From Myxococcota bacterium (GTDB lineage Bacteria; Myxococcota_A; UBA9160; SMWR01): a stretch of DNA of 64,000 nt. The notes beneath the pieces were generated by a model that was not told where the DNA came from, did not search any database, and was given only the letters and a program-made list of their open reading frames with translations. Location of the stretch: assembly GCA_036274295.1 (NCBI GenBank), contig DASUFZ010000043.1:1820-65819 (forward strand). The letters run 5' to 3'. Positions 51,739 to 61,465 of this stretch are shown one piece after another (position 1 is the stretch's first letter; every line of letters begins with the position of its first letter). The position numbers and the translations under genes were made by a program.

Positions 51739-52496
51739 GCCGCGACCTCGAGCGCCTGGTCGCGGCGGCCCGCGGCTGGCTCGAGGAGCTGCACGAGGAG
51801 GGCGTCGAGGCGCTCGCGCCCGTGGCGAGGCCTTCGCGCCGGGACGTCCCTGCGGAGCCGGCGCTCGCTCCGTCGGCGCCCGCGCCGCAGCCCGGCGTGC
51901 TCGTCGCGGAGCCGTCGCCGTGGGGCGAGCGGCCGACCCTGGCGGCGGTGCGCAAAGAGCTCGGCGAGTGCACGCGCTGCCGGCTCCACGAGCGCCGCAC
52001 GCAGATCGTCTTCGGCGACGGCAATCCCGACGCGGATCTCATGTTCGTCGGCGAGGGCCCGGGCCAGGAGGAGGACCGGCGCGGGCTGCCCTTCGTCGGC
52101 CGCGCCGGCGAGCTCCTCACGACCATGATCGAGAAGGGCCTGCAGATCCCGCGCAGCGAAGTCTACATCTGCAACATCGTCAAGTGTCGGCCGCCCGAGA
52201 ACCGCACGCCGCTCGCCGACGAGGCGTCGACCTGCCGGCCCTTCCTCGACGGCCAGATCGCGGCGGTGCAGCCGCGCGTGATCGTCGCGCTCGGCAAGCC
52301 GGCCGCGAGCCTGCTGCTCGGCCGCGAGGTCTCGATCACGCGCATCCGCGGCATCTGGCACGACTACCGCGGCATCCCGCTGATGCCGACCTTCCACCCC
52401 GCGTTCATCCTCCGGCAGTACACGCCGGAGAACCGCCGCGCCGTGTGGAGCGACCTGAAGGCCGCGCTCGAGCGCTCGCGCCAGCGCGATCAGTAG
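51723..52496 (+). CDS. Family 4 uracil-DNA glycosylase (Fe-S type)
   Basis: Tail of track ORF 50754..52496. Reads [51 protein letters not shown] and FHPAFILR. The start is uncertain: TTG 51723 overlaps the cytochrome gene end, and later in-frame starts are possible. Confidence 0.8.
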   Translation: MDRALSRDLERLVAAARGWLEELHEEGVEALAPVARPSRRDVPAEPALAPSAPAPQPGVLVAEPSPWGERPTLAAVRKELGECTRCRLHERRTQIVFGDGNPDADLMFVGEGPGQEEDRRGLPFVGRAGELLTTMIEKGLQIPRSEVYICNIVKCRPPENRTPLADEASTCRPFLDGQIAAVQPRVIVALGKPAASLLLGREVSITRIRGIWHDYRGIPLMPTFHPAFILRQYTPENRRAVWSDLKAALERSRQRDQ

Positions 52497-52984
52497 GGGC
52501 GCTCGGGGACCGCCGCGGCCTGCGCCTCGCGAAACTTCAGCAGCCGCTCGCGCAGCCCTTTGTCGGAGCGCGCCAGGATCGCCGCGGCGAACAGGCCTGC
52601 GTTCCTGGCGCCCGCCTTGCCGATGGCGAACGTCGCGACCGGGATGCCGCCCGGCATCTGCACCGTCGAGAGCAGCGCGTCGAGCCCGTTCAGGTCGGAG
52701 CTCGCGATCGGGACGCCGAGCACCGGCAGCGCCGTGTGCGCGGCGCAGACACCGGCGAGGTGCGCCGCCGCGCCGGCTCCGGCGATCACCACCTCGATGC
52801 CGTTCTCCTCGGCGCCCGCGAGGTAGCGGACCAGGCGATCCGGCGTGCGGTGCGCCGAGATCACGCGCGCGTCGCTCGCTACCTCGAGCTCCTCGAGGGC
52901 CTGCTCGGCCGCCTTCATCACGTCCCAGTCGTTCTTCGATCCCATCAGGATCGCCACGCGCGCGCTGCCCTTCGCCATCGCCAC
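52490..52984 (-). CDS. purE: N5-carboxyaminoimidazole ribonucleotide mutase
   Basis: Track ORF of 164 aa. Reads [35 protein letters not shown] and LPVLGVP. Confidence 0.9.
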   Translation of the reverse strand: MAMAKGSARVAILMGSKNDWDVMKAAEQALEELEVASDARVISAHRTPDRLVRYLAGAEENGIEVVIAGAGAAAHLAGVCAAHTALPVLGVPIASSDLNGLDALLSTVQMPGGIPVATFAIGKAGARNAGLFAAAILARSDKGLRERLLKFREAQAAAVPERPY

Positions 52985-53067
52985 CTCCTTCGTCGCGGCG
53001 ATTGTAGGTGCGGGCCCGTCGATCCGATAGCGTTGGCGGCCGCGCCAGGCACCTGTCCGGAGGAGAC

Positions 53068-53874
53068 GTGATCACGCAGCACACTGCGCTCTGCGGGATC
53101 GTGCTCCATCCGGCGTCCCACACCCGCTCACCCGCCATGCACAACGCGGCATACGCGGCGCTCGGTCTCGACGCCGTCTATCTCGCCTTCGACGTGCCGC
53201 CGCAGCGGCTGGCGCCCGCGATCGCCGGCTGGCGCGCGCTCGGCGGACGCCAGCTCTCGGTCTCGATCCCGCACAAGGTCGCGATCCTCGAGCACCTCGA
53301 CGCTCTCGACGAGACGGCGCGCCGCATCGGCGCCGTCAACACCGTGGTGCTGCGCGACGGCGCGCTGCACGGCACCAACACCGACTGGCTCGGCGCGGTG
53401 CGCGCCCTCGAGCGCGAGACGAAGCTGGCCGGCGCGCGGGCCGTCGTGCTCGGCGCCGGCGGCACGGCGCGCGCCGTCGTCTACGGCCTGCAGCAGCGCG
53501 GCGCGCGCGTGACCGTGCTGAACCGCAGCGCGGAGAAAGCCCGCGCGCTCGCGGACGCCTTCGGCGCTTGCCGCATCGGATCGCTCGCGGATCTGCGGAC
53601 CACGCCGCACGACGTGCTGGTCAACACCACGAGCGTCGGCCTCGGGTCGGACGCGTCGCCGGTCGACGCGGCCTGGATCTCAGCCGGCGCGGTCGTGCTC
53701 GACGCCGTCTACGACCCGCCGCGCACGCGCCTCCTGCGCGACGCCGAAGCGCGCGGGGCGAAGGCCGTCTCCGGCAAGTGGATGCTCGTGCACCAGGCCG
53801 CCGCGCAGCTCGAAGCCTGGAGCGGACGCGAGGCGCCCCTCGAGGCGATGGCGGCCGCCTTCGACGGGCCTTAA
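53068..53874 (+). CDS. aroE: Shikimate dehydrogenase
   Basis: Track ORF trimmed to GTG 53068, preceded by GGAGGAG. Reads HTRSPAMHNAAY, SVSIPHK, NTVV, GTNTDWLG and VLGAGGTARAV. Confidence 0.85.
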   Translation: MITQHTALCGIVLHPASHTRSPAMHNAAYAALGLDAVYLAFDVPPQRLAPAIAGWRALGGRQLSVSIPHKVAILEHLDALDETARRIGAVNTVVLRDGALHGTNTDWLGAVRALERETKLAGARAVVLGAGGTARAVVYGLQQRGARVTVLNRSAEKARALADAFGACRIGSLADLRTTPHDVLVNTTSVGLGSDASPVDAAWISAGAVVLDAVYDPPRTRLLRDAEARGAKAVSGKWMLVHQAAAQLEAWSGREAPLEAMAAAFDGP

Positions 53875-54224
53875 CCCTCGAAGCCCCACTTCGCCTTGTT
53901 GTCGGCGATCTGCTGGGGCGTGGGCTTGTTCTTCTCCTCCACCTCGGGAACGGAGAAGTCGCCCTTCGAGTCGACGATCTGCGCGTTGAGCGCGATGTCC
54001 GCGTTGAGGACCTCGGGGACCTGCTCGTCCTCGAAGATCGCCTCCCACGGGCACTCCGGCTCGCAGACGCCGCAGTTGATGCACTCCTCGGGATCGATGA
54101 AGAGCTGGTTCGGGAACTGCTCTTTGTCTTCGCCGTCGTACTGGTAGATGCAGTCGACGGGGCAGACCTCGACGCACGACTGGTCCACACAGTCGCGGCA
54201 GAGTCTCGTGATCACCCAGGCCAT
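53871..54224 (-). CDS. Ferredoxin (FdxA-like 7Fe/8Fe type)
   Basis: Track ORF of 117 aa. Reads CRDCVDQSCVEVCPVDCIY ... CINCGVCEPECP. Confidence 0.85.
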   Translation of the reverse strand: MAWVITRLCRDCVDQSCVEVCPVDCIYQYDGEDKEQFPNQLFIDPEECINCGVCEPECPWEAIFEDEQVPEVLNADIALNAQIVDSKGDFSVPEVEEKNKPTPQQIADNKAKWGFEG

Positions 54225-54277
54225 CTCGGGATTCCTTTCCCAGCACCCGCGCCGGCGCAGAGACGCCGGCCGCTCTT

Positions 54278-54448
54278 CTACTTGAGCTTCGTTTCCTTGT
54301 ACACGACGTGCTTGCGCACCACCGGGTCGTACTTCTTGAGCTCGAGCTTTCCGGGAGTGTTCTGGCGGTTCTTCACCGTCGTGTAGAAGTGGCCGGTGCC
54401 CTCGGACGACTCCAGCTTGATCTTCTCGCGCTTGCCCTTCTTCGCCAT
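54278..54448 (-). CDS. rpmG: 50S ribosomal protein L33
   Basis: Not in the ORF track because it is under 60 aa. My translation is [56 protein letters not shown], with a TAG stop. It is a near-textbook L33 with no Cys (C-minus form). The ATG is 3 nt after the rplX stop. Confidence 0.9.
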   Translation of the reverse strand: MAKKGKREKIKLESSEGTGHFYTTVKNRQNTPGKLELKKYDPVVRKHVVYKETKLK

Positions 54449-54451
54449 CGG

Positions 54452-54787
54452 CTAGGACCTCTTCGGGTCGGGGACGCGACTGCCGCTCTTGGCGAAGACG
54501 CGCACGCGGCGGCCGTTCTCGTCCGTCTCGAAACGGACGCGGCTGCCGCGCTGGGTCTGCGGATCCACGAGCATCACGTTCGACGCGTGGATGTGTCCCT
54601 CGAGCTCGAGGATGCCGCCGGTGCGGGCGAGCTTGCGGCCGGGCTTCAGGTGGCGCTTCTGCATGCGCACCTTCTCGACGCGCACGCGCTCGCGCTCGGC
54701 GTCGACGCCGATCACGCGACCCTGCTTGCCGCGGTCTGCGCCGGCAATCACCTCGACCATGTCACCGACGCGGATGCGCGAAGCCAT
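54452..54787 (-). CDS. rplX: 50S ribosomal protein L24 (KOW domain), outside any spc-operon context
   Basis: Track ORF of 111 aa. MASRIRVGDMVEVIAGADRGKQGRVIGV...KRHLKP......GGILELEGHIHASNVMLV...RVRF aligns along its whole length with the L24 sequence as I remember it. Confidence 0.85.
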   Translation of the reverse strand: MASRIRVGDMVEVIAGADRGKQGRVIGVDAERERVRVEKVRMQKRHLKPGRKLARTGGILELEGHIHASNVMLVDPQTQRGSRVRFETDENGRRVRVFAKSGSRVPDPKRS

Positions 54788-54914
54788 TGCGGCTGCCTCC
54801 CACCAAAGGGGGCATATGAGTGCGCCAACGCAGCGCTTTCGTCAAGACCTCCCCAGGGGAAAATCCAGCCCTCCGGTGGCGTGACAGGCGTGCTGGCCCG
54901 ACCATCCGGCCCCT

Positions 54915-56420
54915 ATGCGCCGCCTCTGGATCGCCGCGATCGTCCTCGCGCTCGCGCTCGTCGGGTCCTGTCGCTGGCTGCTCCCGGAACGCTTCGCGGT
55001 CAACGCGCCGATCGGTCACATGCTCTTCGGGCGCGGAGCCTCGACGCCCGCGCCGGACACGCTCGGCAAGCGCTTCCACGCGCCCGAGGGCCATGCGGTC
55101 GGGCTCTTCGCGGGCTCGCTCGAGAACCCGCGCATGCTGCGCTTCACGTCCGCCGGCGATCTGCTCGTCAGCGCGCCGCGCAGCGGGCGCATCCTCCTGG
55201 CCCTGCGCGATGACGACGGCGACGGCAGCGCCGACGGCGTGCGCACCTTGCTCGAGGGGCTCTCGCGTCCGCACGGCATGGACTTCCACGAGGGCTGGCT
55301 CTACGTCGCGGAGACGGACGGCATCGGACGGATCGAATTCGATCCCGCCACGCGGGAGACGCGCGGCACGTACCAGCGCGTCGTGAACGGACTTCCCAGC
55401 GGCGGCAACCACTGGTCGCGCACCGTGCGCTTCGGACCCGACGGCTGGATGTACGTGTCGATCGGCTCGAGCTGCAACGTGTGCGAGGAGGAGGACCCGC
55501 GCCGCGCCGCGATCGTCCGCTACCGGCCCGACGGATCCGGCGAGGAGATCGTCGCGCGCGGGCTGCGCAACTCCGTCGGCCTGGATTGGCAGCCCGGGAC
55601 GGACCAGCTGTACGCGACCGACAACGGCCGCGATCTCCTCGGCGACGACTTCCCGCCGTGCGAGCTCAACCGCATCGTGATGGGCGGCTTCTACGGCTGG
55701 CCCTACGCAAACGGGGATCGCGTGCCGGATCCCGACTTCGGCGCCGGAAACGAGGCGCGCGTGCAGAGCTCGATCCCGCCCGTGCACGGATTCCGCGCGC
55801 ACAATGCGCCGCTCGGCATCGTCTTCCTGCGCGGCGACGATCTCGCGGAGCCGCTGCGCGGAGCGGCGCTCGTGGCCCTGCACGGCTCGTGGAATCGCAC
55901 GCACAAGGACGGCTACAAGGTGGTCTCGCTCCACTGGGACGACGACGGCGGCGTCTCCTCGCGCGACTTCCTCACCGGGTTCCTCGACGGCGACGACGTG
56001 ATCGGCCGGCCCGTCGACGTCGCGCAGGGACCCGACGGCGCCATCTATGTCTCCGACGACTACGCCGGCGCGATCTACCGCGTCGCGCGGTCCTCGGGCG
56101 GGAAGGCGTCCGCGACGGCGAACGCCGCGCCCGCAGCCGCCGCGAAGGATCCCCTCGCGGATCTCCCGGCGGCGGAACGCGCCGCGAGCGCGGAGCGAGG
56201 TCGCGCGCTCTTCGAGGCGAACGGCTGCGCGGGATGTCACGATGCGGCGCGCGCGCAGGCCGGCGTCGTCGCGGTGAAGCTCCAGGGACTCGGCGCCCGC
56301 TACTCGATCGACAGCCTGATTGCGTTCCTGGCCGCGCCAACGCCGCCGATGCCTCCCGTCGAGCTGGCGGCGGAGGCCCGGCGCGACCTGGCCGTACACT
56401 TGCTGGCGGAGCATCCCTGA
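54915..56420 (+). CDS. PQQ-dependent sugar (sorbosone/glucose) dehydrogenase-like beta-propeller with a C-terminal cytochrome c domain
   Basis: Track ORF of 501 aa with an N-terminal TM/signal. Propeller motifs include PHGMDFHEGWLYVAE, GGNHWSR and GFYGWPY. The C-terminal domain has CAGCH. Confidence 0.7.
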   Translation: MRRLWIAAIVLALALVGSCRWLLPERFAVNAPIGHMLFGRGASTPAPDTLGKRFHAPEGHAVGLFAGSLENPRMLRFTSAGDLLVSAPRSGRILLALRDDDGDGSADGVRTLLEGLSRPHGMDFHEGWLYVAETDGIGRIEFDPATRETRGTYQRVVNGLPSGGNHWSRTVRFGPDGWMYVSIGSSCNVCEEEDPRRAAIVRYRPDGSGEEIVARGLRNSVGLDWQPGTDQLYATDNGRDLLGDDFPPCELNRIVMGGFYGWPYANGDRVPDPDFGAGNEARVQSSIPPVHGFRAHNAPLGIVFLRGDDLAEPLRGAALVALHGSWNRTHKDGYKVVSLHWDDDGGVSSRDFLTGFLDGDDVIGRPVDVAQGPDGAIYVSDDYAGAIYRVARSSGGKASATANAAPAAAAKDPLADLPAAERAASAERGRALFEANGCAGCHDAARAQAGVVAVKLQGLGARYSIDSLIAFLAAPTPPMPPVELAAEARRDLAVHLLAEHP

Positions 56421-56434
56421 CGGAGGACCGCGCC

Positions 56435-57202
56435 ATGTACGAATACATCGAGAGCGTGCGCGAGGGCGACTTCGAGGTCGTGACGATGGTGCGCCCGGAG
56501 AAGCGGAACGCGCTCTCCGAGGCCCATCTTCGCGAACTCCTCGATGCCTTCGAGCGGATCGCGCGGAGCGACGCGCGCGGCGCGATCCTGGCGGCGCGCG
56601 GACCCGTGTTCAGCGCGGGGCACGACTTCTCCGACATGGTCGCGCGCGACGAGAAGGAGATGCGGAACCTGCTCGAGGTGTGCTCCCTGCTGATGCAGAA
56701 GCTCGCGGCGATTCCGCAGGTCGTGATCGCGCAGGTCGAAGGGCTCGCGACCGCAGCCGGCTGCCAGCTGGTGGCGAGCTGCGATCTCGCGGTAGCGGGC
56801 GAGTCGTCGCGCTTCGCCGTGCCGGGCGGCCGCGGCGGACTCTTCTGCACGACGCCCGGCGTGGCGCTGGTGCGGGCCGTCGGCCGCAAGCACGCCGTGG
56901 AGATGCTGCTCACCGGCGACGAGATCGACGCACCGACGGCGATGGCGTGGGGACTCGTGAACCGCGTCGTGCCCGACGCGCGCGTCCCCGAGGAGACGCG
57001 CGAGCTGCTGCGCCGCGCGACGCGCGGGAGCGCGCTCTCGAAGTCGCTCGGCAAGCAGGCGCTCTATGCGCAGATCGAGCTGCCGACCGGCCAGGCCTAC
57101 GAGCTCGCCAGCGACGCCATGGCCGCCGCGAGCCAGACGGCGCCCGCGCAGGAGGGCATGCGCTCGTTCCTCGAGAAGCGGAAGCCGCGCTATTCGGAGT
57201 GA
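56435..57202 (+). CDS. Enoyl-CoA hydratase/isomerase (crotonase) family protein
   Basis: Tail of track ORF 55481..57202, from ATG 56435. Reads RPEKRNALS, FSAGHDF and VEGLATAAGCQLVASCDLAVA. Confidence 0.85.
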   Translation: MYEYIESVREGDFEVVTMVRPEKRNALSEAHLRELLDAFERIARSDARGAILAARGPVFSAGHDFSDMVARDEKEMRNLLEVCSLLMQKLAAIPQVVIAQVEGLATAAGCQLVASCDLAVAGESSRFAVPGGRGGLFCTTPGVALVRAVGRKHAVEMLLTGDEIDAPTAMAWGLVNRVVPDARVPEETRELLRRATRGSALSKSLGKQALYAQIELPTGQAYELASDAMAAASQTAPAQEGMRSFLEKRKPRYSE

Positions 57203-58323
57203 GCCGCTGCGCCAGAGCTGCCGAAGCCTCGGCGCGCGATGCGCTCCCGGTGGAACGAAGCGCCTCCGAGCCAGGCCTCGTCGCTGCGGGCGCGGCGCAG
57301 GAGCAGGTGGCAGTCGTACTCCCAGGTGAAGCCGACGCCGCCGTGGATCTGGAGGTTGTCGGCGGCCGCGCGCCGGAACGCATCGCCGGCGGTCGCCTTC
57401 GCCATCGACGCGAGCACGCCCGCGTCCTCGCGCTTCTCGCGCGCCGCCCATGCGGCGTAGTACGTGATCGAGCGCGCGGCTTCCACGGCGAACAGCATGT
57501 CCGCGCACTTGTGCTTGATCGCCTGGTGGATCCCGATCGGCTTCCCGAACTGGACCCGCTCCTTCGCATACTGCACCGACGTCTCGAGGCAGCGCTCGGC
57601 GCCGCCGAGCATCTCGGCGCTGATCGCGACGAGCGCGCGATCGGTGACGCGCTCCACCCCGGCGGCGTCCGCGGAGCCTTCGCCGAGCAGGGCCTCGCGC
57701 GGGATCGCCGCGCGCTCGAACGTCAGCTCGTAGAGCGGGCGCAGCGGATCGAGCGCCTGGAGCGCGCGCGCGCTGACACCCGACGTCGCGCGCGGCACCG
57801 CGAAGAGCGCGAGCTTCCCGCCTGCGCTGGCGGTGACGATCCACGAGTCCGCGGTCGCGGCATCCGGCACGAAGGGCGCGACGCCCTGCAGCACGAAGCC
57901 GGCGCCGTGCGGCGTCGCGACCAGCGGATCGGCAGCCCACTCGAGCGCGGGCAGCCCGATCGTCGCGATCGACTCGCCGGATGCGAGACGCGGGAGGATG
58001 CGCGCGCGCTGCGCGCTGCTGCCGAGCTCCATCACGGCAAGCGCTGCGATCGCGTGCGGGAGGAAGGGAACCGGCACCAGATTGTGTCCGAGAGCTTCGA
58101 TCAGGATGCAGAGCTCGACGAGCGAGAGATCGGCGCCGCCGTAGCTCTCGGGAATGCAGAGGCCCGTCCAGCCGAGCTCGGCGAAGCGCCGCCACAGCGC
58201 GGAAGCGTGCGACTCGCCGCGCTCGAGCACGCCGCGCGCGACCGCCAGCGGCGACTGCTCGTCCAGGAAGACGCGCGCGGTCTTGCGCAGGAGCTCCTGC
58301 TCTTCGGTAAAGCCAAAGTTCAT
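57190..58323 (-). CDS. Acyl-CoA dehydrogenase family protein
   Basis: Track ORF trimmed to ATG 58323. Reads MNFGFTEEQELLRKTAR, YAKERVQFGKPIGIHQAIKHKCADM and IHGGVGFTWEYD. Confidence 0.85.
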   Translation of the reverse strand: MNFGFTEEQELLRKTARVFLDEQSPLAVARGVLERGESHASALWRRFAELGWTGLCIPESYGGADLSLVELCILIEALGHNLVPVPFLPHAIAALAVMELGSSAQRARILPRLASGESIATIGLPALEWAADPLVATPHGAGFVLQGVAPFVPDAATADSWIVTASAGGKLALFAVPRATSGVSARALQALDPLRPLYELTFERAAIPREALLGEGSADAAGVERVTDRALVAISAEMLGGAERCLETSVQYAKERVQFGKPIGIHQAIKHKCADMLFAVEAARSITYYAAWAAREKREDAGVLASMAKATAGDAFRRAAADNLQIHGGVGFTWEYDCHLLLRRARSDEAWLGGASFHRERIARRGFGSSGAAAHSE

Positions 58324-58440
58324 GGACGGCCTCGCGAGTCCCTGGATCCACTGGTGTTTCGCACGTCGAGAACGCGCGAGCCTATCAAAGACGCTTCGAC
58401 AGCGTCCACGAATAACGCCGTTTGGGTATAGAATGCGCCC

Positions 58441-59229
58441 GTGCTTCCGCGCACGTTCCGAACCGGGCTGGTCCTGGTGGCACTCGCCGGGATGTGGGGA
58501 ACAGCTTCCGAGGTGCTCGCCGAATCGGCGTTCCTGTTGCCGTGGCCGGCGAACATGGGGCGCGTGCCGGCCACGACCTACGACGATCACGGCGCGCCGC
58601 TCGGCGACGCGAACCTTCTCATCGATCAGCTCGACAACGGCTCGGTGCGCGTCTTCTCGCAATCCGGCGACGACCACGGGGCACACACGGTCGCGACGGC
58701 CGAGCTGACGCCGGTGCGGGCCGGCGAGACCCTACGCCTGGCGCGGCAGGAATCGCATTCCTTCGATCCGCACGGCAACTCGATCGGGTCGCTGGCCATC
58801 GATCACGGAGCGCGCACGGCGCGCTGCCTGGATCCTCACGGCGCGCTCGAGGCGGAAGTGCCGCTGGACGCGGAGGACCGCGTCGTCAACGTGCCGCTGA
58901 ACCTGCTCTTCCTGCCGCTCGTGCGCGGCGAGACCAGCGAGCTGCACTTCCAGCTGTTCCTCTGCCGCAACGGCGCTCGCCTGGTCGACTTCCAGGCGTG
59001 GGTTGCGGCGCATGCGAACGGCGCCGCGCCGGCACCGGTCGAGATCCGCTACGCGCCCGATCTCGGGCTGTTCTCGCCGCTGGCCGGGCAGATCGTCCCG
59101 CGGCTCTCCTTCTGGTTCGACCCGCGCGCGCCGCACGGCTGGATCGCGCATCGCCTGCCGCTCTACACGGGAGGGCCGGAGGTCCTCGTCGTGAAGCAGG
59201 GAATCTCGTCGGCCAGCCTCGCGAACTAG
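58441..59229 (+). CDS. Secreted hypothetical protein
   Basis: Track ORF of 262 aa with a signal peptide (RTGLVLVALAGMWGTASEVLA). Composition is ordinary. I do not recognise a family. Confidence 0.55.
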   Translation: MLPRTFRTGLVLVALAGMWGTASEVLAESAFLLPWPANMGRVPATTYDDHGAPLGDANLLIDQLDNGSVRVFSQSGDDHGAHTVATAELTPVRAGETLRLARQESHSFDPHGNSIGSLAIDHGARTARCLDPHGALEAEVPLDAEDRVVNVPLNLLFLPLVRGETSELHFQLFLCRNGARLVDFQAWVAAHANGAAPAPVEIRYAPDLGLFSPLAGQIVPRLSFWFDPRAPHGWIAHRLPLYTGGPEVLVVKQGISSASLAN

Positions 59230-59333
59230 GAGCCCGACCCGAGACTGGCGTGGATAGGCCGGGCGGCGAGTCGATGCATCGGCGTCCGGACGTCGCGTCA
59301 GTCCAGGGTCAGGCTCCTGGCTCCGCGGCGGCG

Positions 59334-61208
59334 CTAGTACTTCCCCGCTCCACGCGGCGCCGCCGGCATCGAAGCGACGAACGGTGTCGTATCGACGACC
59401 TCGAGCGTGCGCCCGCCGATCAGCACGAGATGTCGGCCGCCGACGGCGAGATGCTGGCGCGCCGACACGTCGAGCGATTCCGCCACGCGCTCGCCGGCGC
59501 GATCGACGACCTGGAGCCCGCGATCGCCGAGCAGGAAGACCTGACCGGATACGGCCAGGGCGTCGCGCACCTCGCCGATCTGGGACGCTTCGAGGCGCGA
59601 CCTCGCTGAGAGGTGATTCGGATCGGCGACGTCGACCACGACGACGCCCCGCGCGCCGATTGCGATCGCGCGCGACCCGTTCACGCGCATGCCGCGCAGG
59701 TCGAATCCGCTGCCGAAGCGCAGCTCGGAGGCGACCCGGCCTGCCGCGAGCTGCGCAGGAGTCGCTGCGTACAAGGTCGCGCCGTCCGTGAAGAGCAGGT
59801 GATCGCCGGCGCGCTCGAGTCCGAGCACGCCCTTCGGCACGAGCACCCTCGCGTCGGACGCGTCGTTCGGAATCCATGACAGGCCGCGGTTGCCCGCGAG
59901 CGCCAGCCCCGTGCGCATGGGGACGACGGCCGTCAGGGAGCCGATCTTCTCGCGCGGCCAGACGCGCTCGCGCCTCGCACCGCTGCCGTCGACGGCGACG
60001 AGCTCGAGGCCGTCCGAGCCGAAGACCGCGACGCGGTCGCCGATCAGCGCGACGCCTTCGAAGCGCGCGAGGTCGCGTGCGCGGCGATACTCGGCGAGGA
60101 TCGCCGGCGACGTCGGGTCGGCGATGTCCAGCAGCTGGAAGGAGCCGTCGCCGAAGAGCGCGACCGCGCGGCCGTCGGCGGCGTCGACCGCCACCGGCGG
60201 CTCCGCGAGCTCGCGCTCGTTGCGGAGCGCGCCGCGCGTCTGCCAGGTCGCTACGGGGACGAAGAATCGCGTCCAGTAGGCGCCGGCCGCCTCCGTCTGG
60301 AAGAGGATCGATTCGTCGGCCTTCCGCGAGGAGAGCGGTGCGAGATAGGTGAAGCTGTCCTGCCAGATCGGCGTGTCGTCGCCGGATCGCTGCAGGCTGA
60401 CTTCGGTCTCCGCGAGCAGACCGGATTGGGTCATCGCGCCCTGCTTCAGATCCGCGCGAGACGTTCCCTCGCGGTGCGCGATGCGCAGCACCGAATCGAA
60501 GCCCTTCGCGTTGGAGTCGGCTGCGGGAACGAGAACCCGTCCAGCCGCGCGGAAGCGCTCGACCGCGCGCTCCTCGAAGACGCGCCGCAGGCGATCGGCG
60601 CCCGGCGTCGTCGGGTCGACGTCGACGACGAGACGGGTCCGGCCGAACGCCTGCTGCGTCCGCTGGCGCAGCGAATCGGCGCTGCGTACGGCTTCGGCGG
60701 CGAAGTCGCTCTCGGGATGACGAGCGGCGAAGTCCGCGAGCTGCGCGAGATCTCCGCCGAATCCGTGGTTCCGGAGGAAGTCCGCGTTGCCGGTCGCGCG
60801 TGCCGCCAGCGCGCCGCCGGGAAAGTCCGCGAGGAAGGACTCGTAGGCCTCGGGCGTTCCGATCCGGCGGGCCTGGTCGAAGAAGAGAGATTCGACGTGC
60901 GGGCGCAGCTCGTCGACGAGACCCGTGTCCCCGAACTTCTGCGAGAAGGCGTGGAAGCCTTCGAGCGTGGGACGGGCGCGCAGCCGGACGAGATCGATAC
61001 GCGCGCGCGCCTCGGGCGCATGATCGTCGCCTGGATGCTCGCGCAGGAACTGGTGGTATGCGGCCGTCGTGTCCTGCTCGAGCGCGCGCCGCCAGTCGCG
61101 GTGCGCGCAGGCGACACCCGCGAGCGCCCATAGCGCCGCGAGCACACAGAGATTGCGACGAGGGGCCAACCGACGCCTCCTCGCAATCGAATCGGCCGTC
61201 CGCAGCAC
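59334..61208 (-). CDS. Exported hypothetical protein with a beta-propeller-like C-terminal half
   Basis: Track ORF of 624 aa. The N-terminus RNLCVLAALWALAGVACAH is signal- or lipoprotein-like. The C-terminal half has recurring ...G.A.A..G.GL.VVD... strands. The GTG start is only 40 nt downstream of the 5S rRNA. Confidence 0.6.
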   Translation of the reverse strand: MLRTADSIARRRRLAPRRNLCVLAALWALAGVACAHRDWRRALEQDTTAAYHQFLREHPGDDHAPEARARIDLVRLRARPTLEGFHAFSQKFGDTGLVDELRPHVESLFFDQARRIGTPEAYESFLADFPGGALAARATGNADFLRNHGFGGDLAQLADFAARHPESDFAAEAVRSADSLRQRTQQAFGRTRLVVDVDPTTPGADRLRRVFEERAVERFRAAGRVLVPAADSNAKGFDSVLRIAHREGTSRADLKQGAMTQSGLLAETEVSLQRSGDDTPIWQDSFTYLAPLSSRKADESILFQTEAAGAYWTRFFVPVATWQTRGALRNERELAEPPVAVDAADGRAVALFGDGSFQLLDIADPTSPAILAEYRRARDLARFEGVALIGDRVAVFGSDGLELVAVDGSGARRERVWPREKIGSLTAVVPMRTGLALAGNRGLSWIPNDASDARVLVPKGVLGLERAGDHLLFTDGATLYAATPAQLAAGRVASELRFGSGFDLRGMRVNGSRAIAIGARGVVVVDVADPNHLSARSRLEASQIGEVRDALAVSGQVFLLGDRGLQVVDRAGERVAESLDVSARQHLAVGGRHLVLIGGRTLEVVDTTPFVASMPAAPRGAGKY

Positions 61209-61247
61209 GCGCTTGATGCGCGCGCGCGCGCCGGCGACCGTTCAGAT

Positions 61248-61363
<116 letters not shown>

Positions 61364-61465
61364 AAAAGGAACGAATCGCCAGTCGCGCACTCCGCGGAGT
61401 GCGGTCACTGACCGCCAAATCTCTTTCTGGGCCGGCGATCGATGCGCCACATCGAACGGCGGCGA

